Assembly (NCBI GenBank): GCA_977020255.1
Contig: CDROCS010001696.1
Span: 1,116,001 to 1,180,000, forward strand
Source of the DNA: Obrimoposthia wandeli
Taxonomy: Eukaryota
Length of the DNA: 64,000 nucleotides
Reading direction: 5' to 3'
Under the pieces are notes generated by a model. That model made no database searches. It was not told the DNA's origin and saw only the letters and a list, made by a program, of their open reading frames with translations. Below are positions 1-39,570 of this stretch, piece after piece. The stretch's first letter is position 1. Each line of letters opens with the position of its first letter. A program made the translations under genes and the position numbers.

Positions 1-517
1 ATATTTATTGTTTATCTGCCAAGCTCCATATATTACTATGTCAAATATATTTTATTGTCTTTTGTTGGCACTTGTGAGACTCCATGAGCTTACTTCAATC
101 AGGTAGGATACTTACAACTGTAATAGCACAAGCAAGTGTGGACTTTCATCCGACATTATGGCCCCAGATGCAGGTTTTGGCATTTCCCTCGACACATGTG
201 ATTGAATCCCTTCTCAGAACGGAGGTCATTACACAGACCAAACAAAGAAACCGTTGAGACATAATCGAAAGTATTTTCTTCTCAACACTCAGAAAATTAA
301 TGTTGCATACGGGAGCAAGATTCTTATGAGATGGATTGTATAAATTAAGTTGATTTAATACATTTATTCTTATAGATATATTTTATTCCTTTTCGGTCAA
401 ATTATCAGATGCAAATTAATGAAAGGGAGTTAAAATATTTAAAAAGGACCCCTACTTTATTGAGTAGTAGCAGCACTTTAAGGTTTACGGCTCATTTATA
501 ATATTTTTTATATTTAG

Positions 518-3500
518 AATGCTCGTATTTTATTCGGCAGAAAATGTTCGAATGACAAAATCCAAACGAAAAGTAGACCTAGGTTCCCCGATTATCAGTA
601 TGATGTATTTCGACAATCATGTTTATATTTCCTTAATCAATGGAGAATTTGTAACTTTTAAAAGACATATTGGTAATAATTGATTTTAAATTCCAACTAT
701 ATTTTTAGAAGGCTACTGGGATTTTGAAAATCCTCATGTCACAAAAATTTCTACTCAAAGCTATCCAATAAAAAATCTAACTGCAGTTACTGGATTTATT
801 TGGGGGACATCCAATAAAAATATATTTATAATTAACCCAGTATCAGTAAAAATTGAGGTGTGTTTTTAAATTTTTGGTAAAATAAAAGATCCGTTCATTT
901 TTAATTTAATTGAAACATCAAAAGATTTAATGGAGTAGATGCTATTAAATGTCATTATAAAAGGGAAATAATTTTGTTTCAATTTAAATTTTACATAAAC
1001 AATATGTGCATATATCTTAGTTATTCATAAAAGTATTATGCTGTAAATACTAAATTGTATCAGAATATTTTATATCACTATCATCTAAATTAGTGGTTTC
1101 AAGGACAACCAAAATCAGAAATTAAACAATATATTGTTGCCATGGACGAGCGAATGTAGTTGCAGAAGTTAAAGGTAATGTAGTTATGTGAAAGAGCGGT
1201 TTTAAAGGTTTTCTAAAGTTAAATAAATTAATTCGAAGTCTTTCTAAAACTGTTAATTTAAAACTAGTTTTGTCTATGTATTATGAATGAGCTAACATTT
1301 CAATAAACAATTGTCATGTTAAAATAGCAACTGATGTATTATGCTCAACTAAAACGAGTTTATCGACTGTGTTATTACATCGTATTTCACAGTTTTAAAG
1401 AATATAGCGGGTGTGGTTTAGAAATTGGGAGTTTAAAAAAGTAAACCAAAAACTTAATTTTCTTTAAAAAATAGAAATATTTGAATTTTAACGCAAAATT
1501 CATTTTAATATTATCTTAATATATATTTTTACGAATAATTAACAATTCGGGTACAAATTTTAATAAGTTAAAACATTTAGAGGACACTTAACTTTGAGGG
1601 CATTCAACTGTTACATCTAATTGTTAATGGAATGATAACGTGTATCTTTGACTAAAGCTTTAATATTGTAATAAGGTTATGCATCGGTTTGAGATTGTAT
1701 AGGGTCATCCAAAATGAATGTAGAATGCTCATCTGTTTGTCATTGAGAAATAGAAGAAATACAAATATCTCTCCACACCGAGTAGGTCTATAATTTGCAA
1801 TTTACTAAAATATATTATATGTATATATATATCTATAGAAGCTTGTTATTATTTAATTTCATTTTCCGTAAAACTACTGTAACAAAAAGTTAAAATTTTA
1901 TAATTTATGAATTAATTTTTTTAATGGAATCCATGTCGCCAATAAATTAGATAAAACCCGGCTGCAAATTTGGTAGCTCATGTTTGTAAAACAATTACAT
2001 ACATAACCGCTAAACATTTATAATTTATGAATTTATAATTATTTCAGAACTCATTTACTGTCATTGATGCTGCTGATCAAAGACCTATTTCTCATATTGC
2101 CTGTTCTGGACAATGTGTTTGGTTAGCTCAAGAAAATTCTGCGAAAATTTTATTATATCATGCAACATCATACGAATATTTATATGAAATAAATATTCGT
2201 CCAAATATTGTTCAAAATATACAAAGTGAGTTTCATTTTACTAGTGTTTTTATAGGGTCCAAAATATTAACAACATTTTCTATTAACTTGACATTAGTAT
2301 CATCAAAAAATTAGATGTTTGGTTAATCTTTACATTTTTAAACACGCTTGTCTCAGATAAATTGTAAGTTTACAAACTTAATTGAAAACGTTCTTTTAAT
2401 TTTCAAAAAATCTGGAAATATAAAAGTATCACTAACTAAAACTTTTAACATATGTCATATCAAGCATATTAAACATATATTTTCAGTTGTTATCTAACTT
2501 TCTATATGACATATTTCAATTAAGCGTATTCATAATATATTTGATTTATGATTACATACTGAATGTTGTCTTTTTTCTTGTAAAAACGTATATAGTCAAT
2601 TGCAAGATTTATGTGATGATAATTTGCCGATAAAATGAAAATAAGGATTTAGAGATAAGTTTTTCATACTGATTACTACAAAAAGAATTTTAATGAACCA
2701 TAACATCCAAAAATATTTATGAATAATAATATCTTTTTTTCTTAAAGAGTATTTATTATATTCTAACCTTATTTAATTAAAGTACACTGTCCGACATGTT
2801 TGTTCTGGTAAAATAAATATCAAGGTCATCAACGTTAAATCTACTTTTGATGAAATATCCTTTTTTTGTGAAACTATATTACTTATTATAAAACCGTTTT
2901 TAAAATGCAGACATTCGTAATATACTTTTATTCATATTTCAAATTACATTTTGACAACATATTTTCAGGAATTAAAATATTCAAATGATGCTTCATTTTT
3001 CTACACGTAGAATTTATGTACGCAAAACCGATTATAATTACAAAATAAATAATTTCTAGAAAATTATAAGTATAAATAAAAATCCATAGACACTTCTGGC
3101 ACAAAATAGTGGTACCCCCCCACCCCCATTTTCTCATTTTGCTACTTCTGTTAATTCTTGATTTTCTATAATTTCCCCGTTTCAATTTTCATTTGCAAGG
3201 TTCCTAAAATATCTTGGCAAGGACTATAATTAGAGCCAATTTATTTTAATAATTTAATAAAATCGTCCCCTTTTGGACATGCTCAAATCAAATGCTTGGT
3301 ATCACCGACAAAAAAGAACTTTGTCAATATTTCAAGAATCATTGGTATATAAACATATTCAAAGTTGCATTAAGGCTCTTGGTTTGGAATTCAAACCAGG
3401 ATCGGGGACTGTTCATAGATTCTTCAAAATACATGTAATACCAGTTCTATTACACAACAGTAACAAAATTGATTCACCACACATTGGTTACTCTGTATAT

Positions 3501-5622
3501 TTAAAATATGAACATATGCGGAGTTTTAGGGCGGCTACATCAAGTATCCTTTTTTCTCTTAGGAAATCATGAGAAATCAAACCACTGTATATTGAAATCC
3601 TGTCCATTAAGGAGCACACAATTGAAATCAATAAACATAAGCATTAGCCTCTAATTCCAACTGCAAATGTTATTATACCTCTATTCGTAACATTGGGCCT
3701 TTTCGTGAGAATCTTTCACAGATATTTGTGCAATGCTGAGACAGGATTTATTGAATAAGTATAAAAAGTTGACAGGTATGGATTTTTGACAATAAACATT
3801 TGTATAAAAATCATGTGAAGGTAATGGGGTGAAATGTGCATTTTTTCTTCTAAATATTTTCTTGTATAATATAATTTCGGAACTTCATAAAATAATAGAA
3901 ACAAATGGATAACATATTTTAGAGCGAAAGTCTAGTCTAGTACTTCATAACCTTTTTCATGTAGCAAAATTATTTTCTAAAATGTCTGACAGTACTTTCA
4001 TGGTAATTATAAGTTATTATTTGTTTATAATAAAATTATATATTATTATTAGATTTATTGCCTGAAGACGGTGGTTGCCCAAACTTTGTTTAAATTTATA
4101 ATTAAAACAGTTGATAATTTTAGATAATTTACTGACCTACTCGTTTATAAATTATATTCTCTGAGACTTTAGACTACTGAGTATTTGTAAGTATACTATT
4201 TTTACAAATATTATAAATTATTAAAATTATTAACGTTAAGTATTAACTATATATTTGATAAATTAAAATATTAAACAATACCATATTTCTGAAGTTATTT
4301 GCATGTTTGCAAATTATTCTTTCTAAATATGTCATAATTGAACATAATTAGCTATATAACAAAATATTGCAATTTATTTTAATTAATAATAATAAATTCA
4401 AAAACTTATAATAAATTGTATGTTTTTAAACTTGTTAAGGTTTTGCATTGTTCATTATGCTAAACTTTCATATTATATATTGGTAGAATATGAAAATTAT
4501 TCTACTATTTTTTAAGTTTAAAATAATTTTAATATTGAAATTATTTTGTTAATATTAATATTTTTAATTATTATAATTATACTTTTATATATTTCTTATT
4601 TAATAATTATGTTTAAAAAGTTTATTTTTTATATCAAAAAAAATAGCTGTAATCGCTATTTTTGCATTTTTTTTCCAAATGGCAATTTTTTCTTGTTTGT
4701 GTCCGACTAATGCCAATTTATTTAGACAACTTCAAAATAAATGACACAGTATTTGATAATTTAAAACAAATATATCTGTACATGTAAAATTAAATGGCTA
4801 AAATAAAAATATATCTTTATCTCAGAAAAATAATCAAAAAAAATATGTAAATAACTTTTAAATGTGAATATTTAACAGAACTTTCAAATAAATTAATTTT
4901 ATTTATTTCCAATACATTTTTTATGTTATACTTAAGTATTAATCTAAAAGCTTGGGCAGTAACTTGTTCAGCTACTTATTGTGTTTTTAAATTAAAATTA
5001 ACATTTTTAAATGCAACAAAAATTGATAATTAAAGTGATAAAAGTTACAATAAAATCTTAACGTTGCATTTATAAAAAAAAATTAAAAATTTTCAATGCA
5101 TTCAATTTAAGCATTCAGTTATTTGTTCAATGATTATATTTTTATTTAATTCTTAATTTACATTCAGTGTGGGACGATATTATAATTAAGCATAAAGAAG
5201 CATGTTTAAGAATAACATCGATTTTAGTTTGCAAAGATCTATTGTGGGTTGGAACAAGTGCAGGGCTTATTTTAACTATATTAATACCTAATGTTACAAC
5301 TGCTACAACCAAATCAACTTTATTTCACATCCAAGTAGAAGGTATTTTGCTTACTTTTTTTTCTTATTGAAATTTAGCTTTAGATAGAGGTCATACAGGT
5401 CCTGTTAGATTCTTGGTGGGATTGGAAAGTTCAATAAGACCAACTCATCAATCTTCAAGGAGACAATCACTGAGTCCCTGTACTACGATGGCAACTCAAA
5501 TGAAAGTAATATCGGGTGGCGACGGATTGGAAGATTTTAGTCTTAAAACTAATAAAGAATCGAGTATAGACATTGGTAAAGACGATGCAACAAACTATAT
5601 CTTAATTTGGGATATTCAATAA
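518..5622 (+). CDS. ARHGEF17: Rho guanine nucleotide exchange factor 17-like, 3' portion (C-terminal beta-propeller), multi-exon, 5' part not resolved
   Basis: GT-AG bounded exons at about 518-672, 709-857, 2049-2224, 5168-5341 and about 5378/5384-5622. They translate to ...YISLINGEFVTFKRHIEGYWD..., CVWLAQENSAKILLYHATSYEYLYEINI, DDIIIKHKEACLRITSILVCKDLLWVGTSAGLILT and GHTGPVRFL...GGDGLEDF...GKDDATNYILIW*. These match the recalled ARHGEF17 C-terminus (IIRQHKAACLRITALLVCEELLWVGTSAG; GGDGYEDF; DDSTNHLLLW). Confidence 0.88.
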
Positions 5623-6289
5623 TAATATGTTCATATTGCATTTCATTAATAAATAGTTAATACATTATTATTTTATGTCTTGTGATTATGAAAATTAAAT
5701 TTTAATATTTCAATTAAATTACATTAATAAAGATAATTATTTAATATAACTTAAAATATGCACAAGCAAACATTTTTGGCGATAAAATGGTTTAAAAGGT
5801 AAAGAATAAGAAAGCAAATTTTATTTTCTTCTTTATGTGTTTATAGAAAACTTTTAAAACAAATTCATTAAGTTTGTTTTAAGAAACGTTTTTTTAAGTA
5901 AGATTATTTAAAGTTCTACAGTTTTTGTTACTTTATGTAAAGTTACAAAAAGTTAATTTGTATATATTTATATATATAGCATGTGAATAATAGGAAAAAA
6001 AATAAATGAACTGTTTTACTATACTATCTATTATCAGTACTATCTATGATTTACTCAGAACATTTTTTAATTAAACATTTAGAAATCACAGTAAATATTA
6101 GGGTGTCATGAGTATTTTCGTTTTTTCCTGATCATTCTTTAAATTTATTATACTGAGAGATGTTAAAATGTATTCAAAATATATATCATTCGGAAGTGCT
6201 AAACTTCTAAAAATATAAAAGTATTTAAAATAATATATATCTGAGCTTTATTATAATGAGTAAAACAAACATTGAACTTTTGTCAGTTT

Positions 6290-6680
6290 TAAGACATTAC
6301 TTCTAACAAAGCGTGAACTCTTCTGAAGCTACAAAATGATATGCAAATACGAAGCAAATGCACTTAAAGATTTAAGTCAGGAGATTTGAGCCTTAAAGTT
6401 AGACCTAGATTAGGAAAGCCTTTGTTGTACGATTCTAAAGATCTTCGTAAAATAGTTGAATATTACCCAAGAATGTCTACAAGAGATTTAGGTGCTGATT
6501 TCGGGTTTTCTAAAGATACAATACGCGCAATTAGGAAACATAAATCGAAGGTGTAAAGTTGAACCATACAAAATGTCGGAAAATAAAAAAGTTACCATTG
6601 ATATTTATGTTTGTTCGAAGCCTCCTAGAAGTTAAATAGGTAACTTCTCTTCCTTGATGGTATCACTGATTCTGTGGGTC
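6290..6680 (+). mobile_element. Mariner transposase remnant (HTH region), pseudogenised
   Basis: Broken reading SGDLSLKVRPRLGKPLLYDSKDLRKIVEYYPRMSTRDLGADFGFSKDTI resembles the mariner N-terminus (SGDxSLxDxPRxGRP...P.xTTRELA). Contains stops and frameshifts. Confidence 0.7.
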
Positions 6681-8485
6681 TCCTCACTGGTTCAGTTGAA
6701 GTTGACAGGGATCTATGTACCTCCTCCTTCTGCTGCTGCATGTTCTGTTTATGTTGGTACTGATGCTGCCCCTATTTGTGTAAACGTGTTGACGATTCCC
6801 CAGGTGTATCGAGCTTTGACTAAGTAAGTCAATATACTGCGACGGTGGTGGCGTTCGTCGATGCACCGGAAATAGGTATCCGTTCAATTGCTCCTCCAGA
6901 TCCACGTCCATATTAATTGTGTTGTAGTGAGGCATAATAAGGAGAAAGTAATATCAAAAAATATTGATGAGCTCTCCTTATATACACAAGCATCTAACTG
7001 AGAATAAATGAGAATTTAAATAATAATTATTGTTCGTCCAATAAAAGCATGGTATTCAAAAAAAATTATTTCAAAAATTTGTAGTATTTGTTAGAAATTT
7101 TGGCAATGGTACTGTGTGTGACATGTACGAGTAGAAAACATTTGTATGTATGTCAGTAAAGAACGATGAATTTGTTTGTATTGAGGAGGAAAAGACAATA
7201 ACAATTTCGTATGTGAATTTAAAAACGTACACGTAAAATGCTTGGCACTCAATTTTTTCAAAATTTCAAAAACAAATTTTTCGCGTTTTTTCTTCTTGCA
7301 ACTCCACCATCATTATATAATATCACGCCTTTGAGCGTTTGGAGCACGCTTAGAGCTCCTCTGTTTGAAACCCTGTGAGACTCTCAAATAGGCTTACAAT
7401 AAATTTCGTGCTCTGACGAAGGATGACGATGGGGATGTTTTATCGATATAAATTATTAGTTTGTTCAAAGTTAAACTGAATTGCTCTTCTAAAAGTAGTA
7501 AAATTCAAAGATAGTTGGAGAAGATTTGGAACGCTTGATCGAAATCAAAAAGTAATATATTGATGGTGCGTGGTTGGAAAAAAATGTCAAATTGTGATAA
7601 TTTTTTTATATATGTTTTCCAAATCTTCTTCATTTGTCATCCAAACTTACACATACATATTTAAAGGCTACCATTAACACTAGTTTAAAAAATAAAAAAT
7701 GAAATACCTTCATTAAAAATAGTAACCAGGCAAAATATTCCTGCTATTCAACTCTTTTGGCTTCTTGTATTATAAATATAAAAAGATTTAATACAACAAA
7801 ATTACTTCATGTCTGTTCAACCGTATTCATCCATATGCCGCTTTATTAAAATTTAGTATTCCATAACTTAAAAATAAAAATTAATAGAAAATATACAATG
7901 ATATGTTATTTAGATTTCAAGTCACCGTTTTCCAATTTCATTAAGACTTTTAATTTAAATAATATTAGCGGTCAATTTAACTAAAAATTTAATACAAAAT
8001 GTCAGAAATACAGATTAGATAAATAATTTTAAAAAATGTATCAGCAATTTTAAATTAAAAATTATATTCTTGACTATTAATAAATTTTTTTTTACAACAA
8101 AAAAATGTTTTATTTTTTGGTGCAATTTTATTATTTTCGAAAAGCAATAACCATATTAAAAATTTGAGCATTAATTTATATCAGTATAATAAATATAAAT
8201 TTTAAACATTTTTCAATTCAACTTTTTGTCAAAAATCGCATTCTAAAAAGTTAAAATAATTAATTGTTATTTTTTCATAGTTTAATTAAAATCAGATCGC
8301 AATAATAAAAATGTATCGAACTATAAAGTTCTTTGATAATATTTATTTGTTTATCTAAATTAATTAAATTGCCATAAACAAAAGAAATAAAACTCTTAAA
8401 AAAGTTTATTATATTTATTAATTTAATAAAGATATAGAAAAGGAAATAAAGTATAAACTATATGAATTTTTAAAATTGTTTACGA

Positions 8486-33408
<24,923 letters not shown>

Positions 33409-36400
33409 ATTTAATGTTGAGAAAAGATGAAATTACAAAATTGAAGATAAGTATATAATATTATATTTCAAATTTAATTCAAAATCCGTGAAAATTTAAT
33501 TAATTTAATTCAAATTTTAACAAAATGTATCTTTTAGTCATATGATCAAACAACAGATGTTTTACCCATTTAAATTGTAAAGATTCATTTTTATAATGAA
33601 ATTTATAAATATAAATGTATGGCGATAAATTGAAATTGAATAAAAATCAGGAATACAAATTAAAAAATTAACGTAATATCATTTTTATTATATGACTTAC
33701 ATTCCTTTATTTAATATTTAATAATTTAATTACTGTTCAAAGTTAAAGAAAATAATTTTAAATCATTGTTCTATAAAAATATAAAAATAAAAGCAAACAT
33801 GCACTTTAATTTTTTCTGTATATGTAGCTTAGAAAAACTTTGATTTGATAGAAGAATAAATTAAGAATATTTACATTATTTTATACGGAATTTACAATGA
33901 CATCTAAAAAAGATTAAAAATGTTCAAATAAAGATATTTCTAAATAATCTATTATTATTAAAGAAGAAAAAAATTTTAATCTTACTATATTATCTTATGA
34001 TGAAATTTTACATATATTATAATGTGAAACACTTCTGTTTATAAATTTTTTTTAAAGAAAATAATCAGAAAATGATAGATTTAGTTTTGTTAATAAAAAA
34101 TTATTAGATTATAAAAATGAAAATAGTGTAAAGAAACTTGAAAATAGTTACAAGAATAATTTGAAACAAGATTTATGAAATAAATTATTATTTGATATTT
34201 AGATTTACAGTAAATAAGAGTAGTATATTTTTCAGAAACCCTTCGTTAAGAACGACAATAGTCCCATTTATAGACCATTCTCAGAGTATTAGTTCATTAA
34301 AGATTGTATCAGATTTTCAATTATTCAGAAATAATTTTATAGTTTTATAAAACTTTTAAATTATATTATTTACTTTTATTTAGCGCATTATTAAAAATAA
34401 ATTTATTTAAAAATAATGATAAATTATAAAAACATTTAAAAATTTTTTTTTGTACAACATTTAAATTGTTTTAGTATTTTTTTAAAGAAAATTGCTAACA
34501 TTAAATTTTAAATTGGTTAGTAAAATCTATTTTATCTCATATTGATAACGATATTTCTCATATTTCGAGATATATATATTTTACTGACTTTAGTTTCTTT
34601 TTAAATTATTTTAATACGTAAATATATCTAAATTTGTATTACTATCCAATAATTTTTTTAATACGTAGTTAAATTTAAACTTAAAATGGCTTCAGTCTAC
34701 TTTTTATAACACCTTTATATTATTTTCAATTGTTTTTTTTATAACAAAGAAACTGCTTCAATTTTAACTTCCAAAAATTTGAGATAAATGTTTAAAAACT
34801 ATTAAATCAAATATTTTTTTCTTTTGAAAATATATATAATTTTAAACTAAATTTGTAAAGCTATATTTTTAAATCAGAGTAAAAACATGTTAGAGATACA
34901 TACATTGATATATTTAGTGATTATTAAATTAGACATGTTATTAACTTTTTTAAGAAAATAATTTTATTAACTTCATACAAAAAATTCACTTCCATTTTTT
35001 GATACTGGAATACTAATTAATTATGTCACTTTTTAAAAATTTCAAGTTCATGTCACGTTACAAGTAATTTTATAAATGGCAACAGTTTAAAATAATATTA
35101 TATATTGAAATACTATAAATATCATTTGAATTCATTTAAGAATATCGTTAATCTTAAAATTTACTTAGTTACCAGTGATTCATTAAAAGACCAAATTAAA
35201 TCTAAATATATTATTTTAAAATTGATAACATTGAAAGCTTTTAAAATTAGTTCAGTATATTATTTTTAATGATTTGTTTTTTAATATTAAATTATATTTA
35301 TTCACAGTTTTTAAGTCGATATGTTGTTCTATGTATACATTACAATAGTCGTAAGTGATTTTAAAATTACGGTCTTTGAAAACTTATAAAGTTTTAAAGA
35401 TGAACAAAAAAGGAAACATTTCAAACTATTTTAGTTTCCTCTAAACTAAGGGTTGTGAAACTTTTTACAGCCGATGAAATCTGTTATAATCAATAATGTC
35501 ACATTTAAAAATTGTGATAATTTTATGTTAATTTAACTTCTTTTAGTTTTAATTATTATCTTTTATATCAAGAGAATAAATCTAATATGAATACTAATTA
35601 AATAACAAAATTATAATTATCAAAATACAATGACTTATTTAAGATTGCTTCAGTAGAAATGACATTAAAATATCAGATTCTTGCAAGGATGTTTTAAACT
35701 ATAATTTATCTCAATATGCTCATCTGCAATAAGAATTCTCAATTAATCTGTGACTTGAGTCAAGTATAAGAATGTGAATTTAAAACCTTAAGTTATTGTA
35801 AAATATGACATCAAAAGGTGACCAATTTCTGTTTTCTACAGAATTTTACAAAATTTCAGCAAGATTTTAGTAAGGATGAAGAAATAGTGTTTGCGTTTAT
35901 TATTATTGCTCAAAGAATGGATATTAGTTATTACACTTGATATTTAAGCTTCTAACTCGTGATTTCTTAACCGAATTGGACAAAGATTTGCCTAACTTAA
36001 TTTGCCTCAAATCTGAAAATAAAAACTTGTAGTAGGATATTCGCAATCTAATCAAAACACTACAACTTTTCAAGGTGCTTATTAATGATAATCACAACGA
36101 TTTGTAATTATTCTTGCCACATGATTCTCCCAAAGATAGCTTGAACTGTTTTTATTTAATTTACGTGTGTAACAAGACAAAGGCTCTTTATTGAATAAAA
36201 ATGTATTTGTTGGGTATATTAATAAATATATTATTAAAATATATGCATGAGATTACTACTAATGAAATAATTTTTGTATTAATATTCTAAATTGGCCACA
36301 ATAAGGTGGTTAAGACAGTCAAACCGTGATGGCCAGCTCTTTAGGAGTTTTGTCCACCCGGACTCTTCAGGCAGTTGGCGAATGTTATCTTTGACTTCAC

Positions 36401-36519
36401 AGTGGTCGAACACCCGCGAACCCGGATATATCCAGTTTATAAATCGAATAGTAGTGAGGAAGAATCGATCGATTGTGACAACAAATTAATTAAAAATATT
36501 ATCGACGTTGACTTAAAAA

Positions 36520-37660
36520 AATAAATGGATATTTTTAATGGAGATCAACTTATTGGAAATCTAAAAAAACCATTTGAAATTATAGTCGAAGATTAATTAA
36601 AAACTAATAACTATTTGATACTATTAACGAAGGTAAACTTATTGGAATTTTATAAAACCATTTGATTTTATTGACAATGTTAAACTAAAAATTAAAAAAA
36701 CTATCTCATTGTTACAGATGAAACTGCACTCGAATTTATACAAGAAACTTCAAAAAAATATTCGAGACTAATAAATATTTAAGAAATGGATATTCGTTAT
36801 CAAGAATCATAGAAAGATCGGTTCCAGGTGGAGTTAGCCGTCACGATTATGATTTACCAATATTTTCAAAATCTTTTATAGTAGCCACTCAAAAAACTAT
36901 GTCAAAAATATGTGTAAAATTTTAAAATTTTGATCAACTATTTTTTGGATTAGACGGAATATATGCTCCATTAATATGCTTCAAAATTATTTTAAATCAA
37001 ATTCTATCTACATATTTTATTTACAAAGTTGTTGAATTAATATAGAAACTAATTTGAAGATGTTTCCCATTTATAGTCAATTTTCTTATTCTTAATCATC
37101 ATCAAAATACAGTAATAATATTATCCAACTAAATGCAAAACACAAATTTACAAACAGCAACAGTCATCAAATTAAAAATCTCTACAGAATCTCTACAATT
37201 TCTTAATTTAGAAAAATATAAAAATGAAACTATAATTTCAAAACATACGACACTAACAATAAATACAAAAAATCAAACAGATAATGAATGATGTAAAAGT
37301 AGAAATAAATGAATACCAACTTAAAGCTTTAATTAACACACGATCAAGCGTAACAGCTCTTGGCGAATCTTTCTTAAAATACATAAAAATTACTTCTCTT
37401 TAAACAATATAGTCACAGCAGCAAACGGTCAACACGTAAATATAATTGGAATATTAGTTTGTCTTTTCTAAATAGGAGATAAATTTATAAACATATTTAC
37501 TAGAATCATGAAAACTTTTCATTGACAAATGATTATTGGTATATATAAACTATGGAAATTAAGAAACAACATTCATTTTGTCTTTGAGAAAAATCAAATA
37601 ACGTACATTTACTGATGTAATGCTAAAAACAAATACCAATTGGAAATAAATTTGATATTG
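36520..37660 (+). mobile_element. Gypsy-like gag/protease remnant
   Basis: LKALINTRSSVTALG resembles the aspartic protease ALIDTGSSxT motif. The surrounding frames are decayed. Confidence 0.4.
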
Positions 37661-37689
37661 TTAAAGATATGAGAGATATAGGTATTGAC

Positions 37690-38965
37690 TAAAGTGAATT
37701 ATTTTTCAATGTGGGTCTGGTCAAAATGTTTGGAGTGGTCAATTGTTAATATAAATTCAATAATAATGATGCATTTACATGTATTTTTGATGCAAACAAG
37801 ATCAGGTCGACGTTTGAGAACATGGACTTCAGAGGGTTTGACAGGGGCTTTATTGAGATTGGAGTAGACATGGTCAAGACCAAGTCTGTAAGTTTCTCCT
37901 TCATAGAGAACCTTCATACTATCAGCAACGTGATGGGAAGTACGTACGGAAAAGAAATGAGGATAGTGACCAAGTACATGACCAATGGTTTCAGGAACTT
38001 TACAACAAAGGCGACACAGAGTCGATTTACCATAATCATAGATACGATGGCAATCATTATGAATAAAGAGATTGAGGCGTACACCGAGAGTGAAGTTGAA
38101 CGTTTTAGGTGTAAGGAGGTTGCATGTAAAGAAGCAATTGAATTGTTTGAACGTGGTGATTAAGAGTAGGTATTCTTCGTGGACGGTTTGCGCGGTCCAA
38201 CTAAGAAGAAAATGTTTTTAGATGATGCCATGAAGCAATATGGAAAGGCTAATTTAGGCAAGTTCACGAGACGGATATTGGTGAGGAAAGTGAGCCCTTT
38301 TTGGAATGTAGAAAACTCTGCATACATTTTTAGTAAAGGACTATTTTCAGTGAAATCTAATAAAAGCTTCATTTGAAAGTTGGAGTCGAGAAAGCGAAGT
38401 GCATCGCGGAACCAATTAAACCAGCATCTATCGTGAGTGCTAGTGCGTTGTGCTGCGCCATTGATCTATTCAGTAAGTGGAAAATGGGCATCAAGGCGAC
38501 AAGGTGAGGTCGTTGAGTTAAAATTTGGAGACATGTCTTATCATTGGGTCGTTACTGTTGATGATCACGAAAGTGTAGGCTATGATTAGAGATGAAATTC
38601 AACCTATAGGGGAGTAAGACCAAGGACTTCGCTATTGATAGGGGAGTAATAAAAGTTAAGGATAATGAAAGATCGGAGTTTAAGAAACGATTGAAAGTTT
38701 TACCGGGTTTTAATATCAAAGTCAAGAGATGGAAGAGTGAGGACAGTAGAAATAAGGTAAGTAGCACTGAGGCTGTTGATGTGGATGTGAAGGTTCCGAA
38801 GAGAAAATATAGACCTACTGTGAAATAAGACATTAAAAGCGCCAATTTTCTGCTGTGGGATGAGGCTGAATAGCGAGATCTTACTAAAGTATGTTTGGAT
38901 TTGTGAAATAAGGTCATTAATGATATGAAAGTTTCTGTGACCAATGGAGGCTCCTAAGTATTTGA
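37690..38965 (-). mobile_element. RLE-clade (R2/NeSL-like) non-LTR retrotransposon 3' remnant
   Basis: RT thumb (YLG; LIPQQKI; FYYSP...LGL), then F..GVRLNL, a CCHC-type knuckle (CRLCCKVPETIGHVLGH) and a PD-(D/E)xK endonuclease motif (RRPDLV...IIIIE...D). Confidence 0.8.
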
Positions 38966-39004
38966 ACAGGTTATGAAATTTGAAAATGAGTGGAATAAGT
39001 TGGA

Positions 39005-39115
39005 TTGTGAAAAAGATTTTGAGTGATAAATATAACTGTTACTTCCCGATGTCTTGCAATTTTTGAAAAATAAATCATTAAAGTCCGATTCCTTGTTAGC
39101 TTCCGGATACAAATA
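39005..39115 (-). pseudogene. ~110-bp fragment of a Polinton packaging ATPase
   Basis: Near-identical to 21080-21185 (tgaaaaagattttgagtgataaatataactgttacttc.cgatgtctt.caat...aagtccgattccttgttagct). Confidence 0.85.
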
Positions 39116-39570
39116 ATAAGGCTTCGTAATTTTAATAAAATTATTTAGTGGGCATCAATTATTTTAATTTTTTTTCTAAAATTCAGCATTGAAAACAAAT
39201 TTTTAAAAGTGACCTAATGCCTGATAAATTAGCAGGGTTTTAGACTGACAACAATACAGATATGGATGCCCATCGCACGTGTTGGTGACTTCCCGAGTCT
39301 GTAAATGTATGGTCCGTCCACAGTGTTGAGTGTCGAAGCAAGCAGTTGTGTGAGACTAGCATCAGGAAATCTTTTGTTGTGGAATACTCGTTCACCAACT
39401 GCTTCCGACGTTGAGCGGGCGCATGTCAGGTCTGGATGTATGAATACACAGAAGCTTTCTGCAGTGCAATCGCTGCAGTGTAGTCAAATCCCAACTGCAC
39501 GCCTAGTTGTAGGGGGTATTTTAAACAAAGTGATTTTTCAAAGTACAGGGTAAATGTGTATTTATATATG

